NCBI GenBank assembly: GCA_965205025.1
Contig: CBDBFU010000032.1
Span: forward strand, 96,001 to 160,000
From: Candidatus Poribacteria bacterium
GTDB taxonomy: Bacteria > Poribacteria > WGA-4E > WGA-3G
Direction of reading: 5' to 3'
DNA: 64,000 nt
Under the pieces are notes generated by a model. The model saw nothing but the letters and a program-made list of their open reading frames with translations. It ran no database searches and had not been told where the DNA came from. This document shows, in pieces, positions 21,814-31,976 of the stretch (position 1 is the first letter of the stretch; every line of letters starts with the position of its first letter). The translations under genes and the position numbers were made by a program.

Positions 21814-23718
21814 TTATTCTTCCAATTTAGGAGCAAGTTCCCAGAGGAGTACAGTACCATCAAGACTTCCGCTGGCAATGGTTTTTCCATCTGGACTGAA
21901 CGTAATACTATAAATACTTTCTGTATGTCCAGTAAAAGCTAAAAGGTGTGTGTTTGATTTTACATCCCACAGATGTATGGTCTTATCCCATCCACCACTG
22001 GCAAGGATCTTTCCATCCGGACTAAATGAAACACTGCTGACATTATTTGTATGTAAAGGTAAAGTCAGTAAAGATTTACCTGTCTCTACATCCCACAAAC
22101 GCACGGTATCATCCCATCCACCACTGGCAAGGATCTTTCCATCCGGACTGAATGAGACGCTACTAACTCTGTGTGTATGTTCATCAAGTGTATGAATTGT
22201 GTTTCCTGACTGCACATCCCACAGGCGTATGGTATTATCCCAACTTCCACTGGCGAGGATTTGTCCATCAGGACTAAAAGCAAGACCCATAACATTTTCC
22301 TCATGTCCCTTAAGTGTATTGAGATGCTCACCAGTATTCGGATGCCATAGATGTATTATTTTCTCATCACTTCCACCTGCAAGTATGCTACCATTGAAAT
22401 TAAATGCAATACTGTTGATACCACCCGCATGTCCTGTGAATGTCTGAAGTTCTGTACCTGTCGCTACATCCCAAAGACGCATTATTTCATCGTTATAGCT
22501 GCCAGTTGCGAGTGTTTTACCATCCGGACTGAATACTACGCTGGATACTGTCCATGAATGTCCTGGTAACTCTTTAAGAAGTGTTCCTGTTTGCCTATTC
22601 CACAAACATACTCTATCGTCTCTACTCCCCCCAGTAGCGATTATCTTACCATCAGAGTTGAACGCTACACTTCTGACCCCACCCGTAAATCCGGTAAATT
22701 CCCGACCATGTATACCTGTTTTAACATCCCATAGACATATAGTTTCAGCACCACTTGCGGCTGCGAGTGTTGTTCCATCTGGACTATAATCAATGGATTT
22801 GAAATTATCAATAAGTCCATTTAGCATATGTCCTTTTAGGGTTCGTTGTATATCACCTGTATTAACATCCCAGAAACGAATGGTGTTATCCCAAACACCT
22901 GCACTGGCGATTGTTTTTCCATCCGGACTGAAAACTGCACTAATAACACCTCCCGCTGTATGTCCTTTAAGCACATGTAGGGATGTGCCTGTCTCTGTCT
23001 CCCACAACCGTACGGTTCTGTCCCAACTCGTACTGGCGATTGTTTTTCCATCCGGACTGAAGGTAACTACTAAGAGATGTTTTTCATGTCCTATAAGTGT
23101 TTGAAGAAGTGTACCGGTCTGCACATCCCATACACGAACAGTATTATCCCAACTTCCAGTTGCGAGTATCTTACCATCCGGACTGAAGTCAACAGTCCAA
23201 ATTCTTTCTGTATGTTTTTGGAGTGTACGTAAAGAACGTCCTGTACGCACATCCCATATACGTGCGGTTCTGTCATCACTCCCACTTGCTAATAGTTCTC
23301 CATTTGGACTAAATGCAACACTCCAGACAGGTCTAGTGTGACCTATCATTGTTCTAAGTAGTGTTCCGGTTCTCCCATCCCATAAACGGATAGTATTATC
23401 CATACTTGCACTTGCCAATGTTAATCCATCCGGACTGAATGCAACGCTTCTGACAGTAGATGTATGCCCAACGAGTAGATCAAGTTCTTCACCTGTCTGT
23501 ACATCGTATATCCAAATACCGATTGAACCTGCTACTGCTAAAAGTTTTCCATTTGGCGAGTATGCTATTTGACTTATCAAACCTTTACCCAGACGTAATT
23601 TCGCACCATCGGGTAAACCCCATTTTACGTGCCCTTCTGCAAATGTGTGTGGTATTAAGAACTGTATCGAAATATAAATCATATAAATTGTTGTAACTGA
23701 GAACAGTATTTTGTACAA
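21814..23718 (-). CDS. Secreted WD40-repeat protein (array member 3)
   Basis: HVKWGLPDGAKLRLGKG cap, WD40 repeats. TTG start at 23718 with an AAGGAG RBS. Confidence 0.9.
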   Translation of the reverse strand: MYKILFSVTTIYMIYISIQFLIPHTFAEGHVKWGLPDGAKLRLGKGLISQIAYSPNGKLLAVAGSIGIWIYDVQTGEELDLLVGHTSTVRSVAFSPDGLTLASASMDNTIRLWDGRTGTLLRTMIGHTRPVWSVAFSPNGELLASGSDDRTARIWDVRTGRSLRTLQKHTERIWTVDFSPDGKILATGSWDNTVRVWDVQTGTLLQTLIGHEKHLLVVTFSPDGKTIASTSWDRTVRLWETETGTSLHVLKGHTAGGVISAVFSPDGKTIASAGVWDNTIRFWDVNTGDIQRTLKGHMLNGLIDNFKSIDYSPDGTTLAAASGAETICLWDVKTGIHGREFTGFTGGVRSVAFNSDGKIIATGGSRDDRVCLWNRQTGTLLKELPGHSWTVSSVVFSPDGKTLATGSYNDEIMRLWDVATGTELQTFTGHAGGINSIAFNFNGSILAGGSDEKIIHLWHPNTGEHLNTLKGHEENVMGLAFSPDGQILASGSWDNTIRLWDVQSGNTIHTLDEHTHRVSSVSFSPDGKILASGGWDDTVRLWDVETGKSLLTLPLHTNNVSSVSFSPDGKILASGGWDKTIHLWDVKSNTHLLAFTGHTESIYSITFSPDGKTIASGSLDGTVLLWELAPKLEE

Positions 23719-23863
23719 TATGTGTCTCCTTTGATTAGGGTTTTGTAATGTTCCTAACAATCATTCTATAGTTACTGGAATATGGATGCACATTTTTACA
23801 GTATGTTGAAAAGGCAATTATCGGTATGGATTGGGGTTATGAGTTAAGAATACTTGAAGATTG

Positions 23864-25732
23864 CTATTCCTGCCATTCTGATGCAAGTTCCCAGAGTAGG
23901 ATGGTACCGTCCGTACTCCCACTTGCAAGTGACTTACCATCCGGACTAAACATTAGACTAATTACAACATGAGTATGTCCATTCAACGTTGTAATATGGG
24001 TTTTTGTAGGTATATCCCATAGTCGTATTGTTTTGTCCCAACTTCCACTTGCCAGAATTCTCCCATTCGTACTGAAGGTAACGCAATAGACCCATAACCA
24101 ATGCCCGTCAAAAGTGTGTAAATGTTTACCAGTCTGTACATCCCATAGACGCACGCTTTCGTCCCTACTTCCGCTTGCTAATAAGTTCCCATCGGGACTA
24201 AATGCAACACTAAATATCCAGTTAGTATGTCCAACCAGTGACCGTATATGTTTGCCTGTTTGTACATCCCATAGATGTATGTTTTTATCAAAACCACCAC
24301 TCGCTAAAATCTTTCCATCAGGACTAAACGCTAATGCAGCTTTTATAGTTGCTTGTTTATTGAATGTTTTCAAAGATTCGCCTGTTTGTACATCCCATAA
24401 ACGTATATTCTTATCTAAATCTGCACCTGCCAACAACTGTCCATCCGGACTCAAAGTTACAGGAGAATAGTATTCTGTATGACCAGGAAATGTCCTCAGA
24501 ATCGTGCCTGTTTTCACATCCCATAGTTGAGTTGATTTGTCCAAACCTCCACTTGCCAATAACAAGCCATCCGGACTGAATGAAATGGAAAATACTCTGT
24601 GAGAATGTCCTGTTAGTGCTTTAATAGATTTTGTTTTATTAACATCCCATAGATAAATAGTATTATCTAATCCACCTCCACTCGCTAAAATCTTTCCATC
24701 AGGACTATACATAATACCTCTTACAGAAGCATGATGACCACTAATGGTTTGGACATTTTCTCCTGTTTCCGGATTCCAAAAGCGTATAGTTCCATCATTA
24801 CTACTACTTATCAGTGTATTACGTTCTGGATTAAATAGGATTGAGGAAATCGGTGCAGTATGCTTTACCAAAGTCCGTATTGATTTACCTGTCTGTAAAT
24901 CCCATTGATGTATGTCTGAATCAGCACTCCCTGTGAAGAGTGTCTTACCATCTGGACTGAAAACCAAATTATACACATCGTTTGTATGTCCTTTCAGTGT
25001 TATGATATGTGTACCAGTATGCACATCCCACAAACAGATAGTATCGTCATTACTCCCACTTGCGAGTGTCTTACCATCTGGACTAAAGGCTACTGTCAAG
25101 ACATGTTCTTTATGGTGTGTCAACGTATGAAGAGTTTTACCAGTTTTTGCGTTCCACAATCGAACGGTTTTGTCTCTGCTTCCACTTGCTATTATAGTAT
25201 CATCTGGACTCAAGGTTGTCTTTGTAATCTTATCCGTATGTCCAGTCATCTCTAAAATTGAATTACCTGTATCTATATCCCACAGATGGATTTTAGATTC
25301 ATCACTACTCACGATAGTTTTTTCATCGGAACTGAATTTTAGACTCAAGATCGCATTTTTATGTCTTCCAATTGATCGAAGATGGATGCCTGTCCGTGCA
25401 TCCCAAAAATTGATAATAGGGTTCCAGCCAGATGTTGCCAGAATTGAACCGTCAGGATTAAATGCAACACTATGGTGTTTAGAGGTATTACCAGTGAATA
25501 GTGCCAGTTCTTCAACTGTGTTTGCATTGTAGATCCAAATACCAATATCAGTAGCTACAGCCAAGAATTTTCCATCTGGTGTATAGGCTAAATCAACAAT
25601 TTTTCCTTTTCCCAACCGTGCTGTTGCGCCTTTTGGTAGGTTCCATTTTGTATAGTCTTCGGCAGTGGAATATGGAGTTAATGTCAGGAATATAAGGTAA
25701 AAAGTTGTTATTATGAGTAGTACTTTTTTCAA
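23864..25732 (-). CDS. Secreted WD40-repeat protein (array member 4)
   Basis: Signal peptide, DYTKWNLPKGATARLGKG cap, WD40 repeats. TTG start with a GAGGA RBS. Confidence 0.9.
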   Translation of the reverse strand: MKKVLLIITTFYLIFLTLTPYSTAEDYTKWNLPKGATARLGKGKIVDLAYTPDGKFLAVATDIGIWIYNANTVEELALFTGNTSKHHSVAFNPDGSILATSGWNPIINFWDARTGIHLRSIGRHKNAILSLKFSSDEKTIVSSDESKIHLWDIDTGNSILEMTGHTDKITKTTLSPDDTIIASGSRDKTVRLWNAKTGKTLHTLTHHKEHVLTVAFSPDGKTLASGSNDDTICLWDVHTGTHIITLKGHTNDVYNLVFSPDGKTLFTGSADSDIHQWDLQTGKSIRTLVKHTAPISSILFNPERNTLISSSNDGTIRFWNPETGENVQTISGHHASVRGIMYSPDGKILASGGGLDNTIYLWDVNKTKSIKALTGHSHRVFSISFSPDGLLLASGGLDKSTQLWDVKTGTILRTFPGHTEYYSPVTLSPDGQLLAGADLDKNIRLWDVQTGESLKTFNKQATIKAALAFSPDGKILASGGFDKNIHLWDVQTGKHIRSLVGHTNWIFSVAFSPDGNLLASGSRDESVRLWDVQTGKHLHTFDGHWLWVYCVTFSTNGRILASGSWDKTIRLWDIPTKTHITTLNGHTHVVISLMFSPDGKSLASGSTDGTILLWELASEWQE

Positions 25733-25765
25733 TTATTTATCCTCTAATTTGATTGTTGAAGTGTT

Positions 25766-25879
25766 TATACCAATCTAAAAATGTTTATCCCAGAAAAGTT
25801 GTTAAGTAGGTCTTGAAATACCGCACAAACTGGAAGTTTATGCTACATTAAAGAGGCTTTAATTATCAGAAATGGTATT
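25766..25879. mobile_element. MITE-like element with TATACCA...TGGTATTA ends and a REP hairpin core
   Basis: Short terminal IRs; core GCACAAACTGGAAGTTTATGCTAC matches the reverse-complement REP at 51326-51350; the right half recurs at about 48973-49039. Confidence 0.6.
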
Positions 25880-26039
25880 AGAATTAAAGATATTACAGTT
25901 AGACGAAAGTTGATACATTAATGTGATTAATGGTGAATGCTTATTCCTATAACGGGAAGCGGAGTTCCTCTACCAAGAGGCTTGAATGGTTTGGTTAAGG
26001 TATGAAAGGGTGTATATCTAAGTGAAATTGTAGAATTGG

Positions 26040-27923
26040 CTAATCAGTTGAGTCAGATGCTAATTCCCATAACAATACAGTTCCATCGAAACTACCGGAC
26101 GCAAGAGTTTTACTATCCGGACTGAATACCAGACTATCTATACTACTTGTATGTCCATTCAGAGTAGTAATATGTAGTCCTGTCTTTGCATCCCACAAAC
26201 GGATAGTACTGTCCCAACACCCACTTGCAAGTATTCTACCATCAGGACTAAAGGCGATAGTATGCACATCATCTGCATGTCCAGATAAGGTTTGTATAGC
26301 ATCACCTGTTTCTATATCCCATAAAATGATTGTGTCATCCCAACTACTGCTGGTAAGTTTACTACCATCTGGCGTGAAGGTTATACTACTCACCCTATTC
26401 ATGTGATTAGTTAGTGTATGTATTGTCTCACCTGTATTCACATCCCATAGACGTATTGTGTTATCCCAACTTCCACTTGCTAATATATCTCCATCTGGAC
26501 TGAAGGCAAGACTCACGATATGTTTTGTATGACCTTCAAGTGATGTAAGTTGATGTCCTGTATGTGGATTCCAAAGAATTATGGATGGTTCGTCACTGCC
26601 AGCAGCCAGTATGATACCATCTGGACTAAGTGCTATACTGCTGACTCCATCAGTATGTCCTGAGAACGTTCGAATTAAATTACCTGTCTGGATATCCCAT
26701 AACCGTATTGTTTCATCAGAATAACTACAACTAACGAGTGTCTTACCATCTGGACTAAATACTACTCCTGAAACCCTACCTGTGTGTCCTGAGAGTTCAT
26801 TAAGTAGGTTTCCTGTTTGCACATCCCACAAACTGACTGTCACACTCCCACTACCACCAGTTGCGATGATGTTCCCGTCTATACTGAATGCAACAGCTCG
26901 GACTCTATTGGTATATCCTGTGAGTTCCTGAATCTGTTCTAATGTCTTTACATCTAATACCTGAAGTGTATCACCTCGTCCGCCAGTTACATAGGTTTTT
27001 CCATCTGAACCAAAATCTATACTAATTAGGTTATCTGTATTATCACTAAATGCTGGTTGGGTTTCACCTGTCATGGCATCTTTTAAAGTAAATGAATTAT
27101 CCCATAACCCTACACTTATAATCTTCTTAATATCTGGATTGTATTGGACACTTACAATCTCTTCTGGTCTATACCACCCTGTTAGTGTTTGTAGGGATGC
27201 TCCTGTGTCTACATCCCACATACGGACTGTTCTATCAGAACTATTAGTAATTAGAAATTTATCGTCTTGACTGAATGCAACACCCCTTATTCGTTTCTCA
27301 TGTCCTTTGAGCGTGTGAAGTATGTTTCTTGTCGTTATATCCCATAGATATATTACATATTCTCGATTTGTTATAGCGAGTGTTGTACCATCTGTACTGA
27401 ATACTACTGTTCCAAATCGATCCGTATATCCTTCGATAGTATCCTGTAACGTCCCAGTCTGTACATCCCATAACCGTACAGTTGTATCGTGGCTACCACT
27501 TACCACCATTTTCCCATCAGGACTGAAAGCCACACTATTGACACTCATTGTGTGTCCTGTCATCGATCTGAGTTCTGTACCTGTTCGTACATCCCACAAA
27601 AGAACAATGTTATCTGTACCACCACTTGCTAAAGTTAATCCGTCTGGACTGAATGCCACACAGAATACATAAGCGTTTTGCTCCTTAAGTAAGTAAAGTT
27701 CTTTACCTGTCAGAGCATCGTGAATCCAAACCCCAGTAGAACTTGCTACAGCAATTAGTTTTCCATCTGGAGAGGATATGACCCGCGATGCAATGCCTTT
27801 ACCGAGTCGTACTTTGGCACCATCGGGTAATCCCCATTTTGGGTAGTCTTGGGCAGAAACTTTTGAGGTTATAATTTGAATTGAAAATAGAAAGGTGAGA
27901 ATCAATAACGGTATTCGTGACAT
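26040..27923 (-). CDS. Secreted WD40-repeat protein (array member 5)
   Basis: Signal peptide, DYPKWGLPDGAKVRLGKG cap, WD40 repeats. Confidence 0.9.
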   Translation of the reverse strand: MSRIPLLILTFLFSIQIITSKVSAQDYPKWGLPDGAKVRLGKGIASRVISSPDGKLIAVASSTGVWIHDALTGKELYLLKEQNAYVFCVAFSPDGLTLASGGTDNIVLLWDVRTGTELRSMTGHTMSVNSVAFSPDGKMVVSGSHDTTVRLWDVQTGTLQDTIEGYTDRFGTVVFSTDGTTLAITNREYVIYLWDITTRNILHTLKGHEKRIRGVAFSQDDKFLITNSSDRTVRMWDVDTGASLQTLTGWYRPEEIVSVQYNPDIKKIISVGLWDNSFTLKDAMTGETQPAFSDNTDNLISIDFGSDGKTYVTGGRGDTLQVLDVKTLEQIQELTGYTNRVRAVAFSIDGNIIATGGSGSVTVSLWDVQTGNLLNELSGHTGRVSGVVFSPDGKTLVSCSYSDETIRLWDIQTGNLIRTFSGHTDGVSSIALSPDGIILAAGSDEPSIILWNPHTGHQLTSLEGHTKHIVSLAFSPDGDILASGSWDNTIRLWDVNTGETIHTLTNHMNRVSSITFTPDGSKLTSSSWDDTIILWDIETGDAIQTLSGHADDVHTIAFSPDGRILASGCWDSTIRLWDAKTGLHITTLNGHTSSIDSLVFSPDSKTLASGSFDGTVLLWELASDSTD

Positions 27924-28019
27924 TATGAGGATGTCTTGGGGTGTGGATTGGTGTGCTAATCCATAAATTGATGCTTATAGTACGGAATATATATACACAC
28001 TTATGTAGATAGTCGATTT

Positions 28020-29051
28020 CTAATGCATGTCTATAGAGAAAATGTAACTAAGTATTGTTACCAGAATATATGTTCCAACCAAGACAAAACCAAAGGGACG
28101 TTTCAACTGACTACCCGATACAAAAATACCAATTCGAAAGACGATTAGTATGAATACCATTGCTGGGAACAGGAATAGAAAGAATCCAGCAGAGGCATGC
28201 AGACCGGTAGGTGTGGCGGATGCTGAGACACCTGCAACAAAAAGCACATTTAGAATATCTGCCCCAATTATATTTCCGACTGCTAACTCCCCGTGTCCCC
28301 GCCGGACAGCTGTGATGGCTGTTACAAGTTCAGGTAGGGATGTGCCAAATGCGACTAATGTTGCTGCGATAATAGCTTTTGGAACTTTAAATCTTACTGC
28401 CAATTCACTTACTGCTGGAATCAATATTTGTGCGGAGATGACAACAATCGCTATTGAACCGATGAGTTTTAGCAGGGTTACAAAGGCACTTGACCCGTTT
28501 TGTTCGGATTCCTCTTCATCTTCAGTTGGTGTTAAACTTGCCCATCGGATAGATTGCCACACATACAACCCTAATAGAACAACGAAGATGAACCCCATTA
28601 TTTGAGGTAGGTTTCCACCTTGAGTGAAGACTACTGCAGGAGAAGACCATGGAAAACAAGCAAGGACCATGAGAATTCCAGCCCCTACCTGAACATTGGA
28701 TAAACGAGATGCCAGCTGTCGGTTAAAGGATAAAGGTGCAATTAATGATGCTAATCCAAGGATAAGTCCTGTATCACATATAATCGAACCAACAGCATTA
28801 CCGAGAGCCAGATCAGGTTTTCCTTGTATTGCTGAAAATACGGATACTGCTGCTTCAGGGGTTGTCGTTCCGATACTTACGATTGTTGCTCCGATAACTG
28901 CTTTTCCTAATCCCCAACGTGTAGATAAGACAACTGCTTCATCAACAAGCCAATCGGCTCCTTTGCCAAGGGTGTATAGCATAACCGCTACTATCATAAG
29001 CAGTCCTATACTTGGAATATCTACAATTAGATGTTCAAGCCACTGTTCCAT
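28020..29051 (-). CDS. Calcium/sodium antiporter (CaCA, YrbG-like)
   Basis: Alpha repeats IGATIVSIGTTTPE...GNAVGS and TLVAFGTSLPEL...GNIIGADILN. Confidence 0.92.
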   Translation of the reverse strand: MEQWLEHLIVDIPSIGLLMIVAVMLYTLGKGADWLVDEAVVLSTRWGLGKAVIGATIVSIGTTTPEAAVSVFSAIQGKPDLALGNAVGSIICDTGLILGLASLIAPLSFNRQLASRLSNVQVGAGILMVLACFPWSSPAVVFTQGGNLPQIMGFIFVVLLGLYVWQSIRWASLTPTEDEEESEQNGSSAFVTLLKLIGSIAIVVISAQILIPAVSELAVRFKVPKAIIAATLVAFGTSLPELVTAITAVRRGHGELAVGNIIGADILNVLFVAGVSASATPTGLHASAGFFLFLFPAMVFILIVFRIGIFVSGSQLKRPFGFVLVGTYILVTILSYIFSIDMH

Positions 29052-29197
29052 TAACTATAAAATACCTTCCAGATGTGTGTTTAATATGTAAATACTTTAC
29101 CATACAAAATTAGCTAAGTCAATCTAATTGAGGTATGAACCACGGTTATTTAGTATTAAGAATCTTTCGTTGATGTGTGTTACTTAGAGTTTATCTT

Positions 29198-29271
29198 GTA
29201 GATCGGGTTGAGTTTGCGTAACCTGACAGGAACCAAAGATATCGGGTTTCGCTCCGCTCTACCCGACCTAC
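29198..29271. repeat. GTAG-type REP inverted pair (REPIN-like)
   Basis: GTAGATCGGGTTGAG...CTCTACCCGACCTAC terminal inverted repeat with internal hairpins. Confidence 0.7.
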
Positions 29272-29346
29272 GAATATTATTCACGAATGTGAACATAGTA
29301 GCTAAAATATCGAAAACTAAATAACCCTGTTCGTTCTGTTATCATA

Positions 29347-29375
29347 TTGACACTATGAAATATATAGGATAAACT
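29347..29375 (+). promoter_or_regulatory. sigma70-type promoter, probably giving a leaderless mRNA
   Basis: TTGACA-17-TAAACT; ATG at 29383 lies 7 nt after the -10 box, with no SD between them. Confidence 0.6.
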
Positions 29376-29382
29376 TATAGTG

Positions 29383-30441
29383 ATGGATGTCCAATCAATT
29401 TCAACACTCATTAAAGAGAAAATCACCGAAGGGATATTTCCTGGTGCTGTTGTTGCTCTCCTGGAAAGAGATAATGTCATCTATCACGCAGCGTTTGGAC
29501 AACGTATGATAAAACCTAATCCGGGACCAATGTTCCATGACACGTTGTTTGACCTTGCCTCCCTTACAAAACCTATTGTTATCGGAACTCTTACTATGCA
29601 GATGGTTGCTTCTGGTGACTTATCTTTAGATACCCCTGCACAGACATATCTTCCTGAGTTCAAACAGGCACCGATTACATGTCGTCATCTGCTGATACAT
29701 ACATCTGGTTTACCTGCATGGAAACCGCTATATATTGAAGTCGTTTGTCCTGAAACAGTTATAGAACATCTAAGTAGCATACCACTTGAATCTACTCCGG
29801 GAGAGAAGGTTACCTATAGTTGCTTAGGGTATATTCTTATGGGTATTCTTATCTCTACTATCGCTGGAGAATCGTTAGACACTCTTGCAGTAAACCGTAT
29901 TTTTAAACCGCTTGGTATGAAACGCACCTTCTATAATCCTCCTTCACAGCTGCACGATAACTGTGCTGCAACAGAGGATTCAAATAGTTTTGAACGTAGG
30001 ATGGTTAACTCCGGTAACCATGGTCGTTATTATCGTGGGCACACCTGGCGTGAAGGCGTCATCTTAGGGGAGGTACACGATGAGAATGCAAATTTTCTGG
30101 GTGGGGTATCTGGTAATGCGGGTTTATTTTCAAATGCAAGAGATCTAATCACTTACTGTCAAATGGTTTTGAAAGATGATGGTTCGTATCTTTCTCATGA
30201 CAGCTTGATGGGATTGGCAACACCGTATACACCGAATGATGCGTCGGAACAACGGAGTATAGCATGGCACATCCTTGATGATGGATCGCTATATCATACT
30301 GGTTTTACTGGTACTTCAATTCGGATTGACATTGAGAAAGGTATAGCAGCCATTCTCTTGACAAATCGCGTTCATCCGGATGCACAACGTACAGGTATCA
30401 TTGAATGTCGTAATCAATTCCATAGGTTAGTATTCGGATGA
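29383..30441 (+). CDS. Beta-lactamase-like serine hydrolase (AmiE-like candidate)
   Basis: FDLASLTK (SxxK), LL.HTSGL, YS..GY, GEVHDENA, G.AGLFS, HTGFTGT and LTNRVHP motifs. Confidence 0.85.
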   Translation: MDVQSISTLIKEKITEGIFPGAVVALLERDNVIYHAAFGQRMIKPNPGPMFHDTLFDLASLTKPIVIGTLTMQMVASGDLSLDTPAQTYLPEFKQAPITCRHLLIHTSGLPAWKPLYIEVVCPETVIEHLSSIPLESTPGEKVTYSCLGYILMGILISTIAGESLDTLAVNRIFKPLGMKRTFYNPPSQLHDNCAATEDSNSFERRMVNSGNHGRYYRGHTWREGVILGEVHDENANFLGGVSGNAGLFSNARDLITYCQMVLKDDGSYLSHDSLMGLATPYTPNDASEQRSIAWHILDDGSLYHTGFTGTSIRIDIEKGIAAILLTNRVHPDAQRTGIIECRNQFHRLVFG

Positions 30442-31604
30442 TTCAACTCGGCATAACCCATCTTCTTACAGAGAAAAATGAATGGCTTAAAGGCAAATCT
30501 ATCGGTTTGTTGACGAATCATACTGGTGTCGATGAAAATCTGGTACATACAATTGAGTTGTTAAAGAACTTCAATTTAGTATCGCTTTTTTCACCTGAGC
30601 ATGGTTTGTGGGGTGCAGCACAAGATGGCGTTAAAATCTCAGATTCGAAATATAGGGAATCTGATGGTGGAAATGCAGAAAATCAACCACTTCAAATCTA
30701 TAGTCTGTATGGAACAACACGATTTGCTTGGGGAAAGGCAATCCAAGATTTAGATGTGCTGATATACGATATACAAGATGTTGGAGTTCGATATTATACC
30801 TATCTTGGAACGTTGTTTGAAACAATGAAGGCACTTGAATGGTCAATGGAATCAGATAAGAGTGTTGAATGTATTGTTGCTGATCGTCCGAATCCCATTG
30901 GTGGTCTTCATATAGAAGGTCCGATGTTAGAATCTGATTACACGTCCTTAGTTGGTCCCTATACTATTCCTGTCCGATACGGTATGACGATTGGTGAGGT
31001 GGCAAGATTATTTCATGCAGAACAAGGTTTTAATTTTCCACTTAAGGTGGCACGATTGGATGGATGGTCACGTGGTGATTGGTATAATGAAACAGGTTTG
31101 CATTGGGTGCTGCCTTCTCCGAATATGCCTACTCTTGAGACTGCTACTCTATACCCTGGCACATGCCTATTTGAAGGGACGAATGTAAGTGAAGGAAGGG
31201 GGACGACAAAACCGTTTGAGTATATTGGAGCACCGTGGATAGATAAGAATAAATTGGCATCACGTTTGAATGAACAACAGTTTCCTGGAGTTTGTTTTCG
31301 ACCGGTTGTGTTTACACCGCAGTTTTCCAAATTTGAAGGAGAAGTGTGTCATGGTGTTGCAATACATATCATTGACCAAGAACAGGTTACCTCTGTTGAA
31401 ATTGCTGTATGGATGTTATGTTTCTTAATGGAAGAACATTCCAATAGATTAGAATTTAAGGAGACACATTTTGATAGATTAGCGGGAAGTTCTATTCTCC
31501 GAGAAGGGTTATTGGTTGGATTTTCTTGTGATGAAATTGTTGAAGGATGGGAAACAGACATAGAACAATTTCGTAAACGACGAGAACCGTATTTGTTGTA
31601 TTAG
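30438..31604 (+). CDS. namZ: Exo-beta-N-acetylmuramidase NamZ (DUF1343)
   Basis: GLLTNHTG, LFSPEHG, DIQDVGVRYYTY, DRPNPIGG, PSPNMP and EGTNVSEGRGT motifs. Confidence 0.88.
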   Translation: MIQLGITHLLTEKNEWLKGKSIGLLTNHTGVDENLVHTIELLKNFNLVSLFSPEHGLWGAAQDGVKISDSKYRESDGGNAENQPLQIYSLYGTTRFAWGKAIQDLDVLIYDIQDVGVRYYTYLGTLFETMKALEWSMESDKSVECIVADRPNPIGGLHIEGPMLESDYTSLVGPYTIPVRYGMTIGEVARLFHAEQGFNFPLKVARLDGWSRGDWYNETGLHWVLPSPNMPTLETATLYPGTCLFEGTNVSEGRGTTKPFEYIGAPWIDKNKLASRLNEQQFPGVCFRPVVFTPQFSKFEGEVCHGVAIHIIDQEQVTSVEIAVWMLCFLMEEHSNRLEFKETHFDRLAGSSILREGLLVGFSCDEIVEGWETDIEQFRKRREPYLLY

Positions 31605-31773
31605 CTGATGGCTCTTGGCTATCAGCATTCAGTTTTGGCTATAAGTATTCACATGCACATGTTCCTATGATAGTTGGGATAGGAGTTCCATCTACTTGGG
31701 AAGTATGTAAGTCCTAAATATATTAACGGAACTCACAATATAATACTATAATTTGGACAGTTTTAAGCGATAC

Positions 31774-31846
31774 ACATTTCGCCCCGCTGGGGCTTGGATC
31801 TTGGGGAAGTATGGCGTTTCTACAAACATTTCGCCCCGCTGGGGCT
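31774..31846 (+). repeat. Tandem pair of REP-like units ACATTTCGCCCCGCTGGGGCT
   Basis: Identical 21-mers at 31774-94 and 31826-46, each with hairpin GCCCC-GCT-GGGGC. Confidence 0.8.
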
Positions 31847-31976
31847 ATGCTTTGGTTCATCCGAGTTTATTTTCTCAGAGGTGAATTGGCGTGAGAAATG
31901 TGACGAAAAACCAGAAACACTTTGAAAATAGGTGAATCACCTTTCAGAAATTATCCAAACTATAGTTATACTAAGT

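Noticed and set aside
17850-27923. Diversity-generating retroelement acting on the WD40 array
   Set aside because: No reverse transcriptase, and no template/variable repeat pair differing only at adenines was seen.
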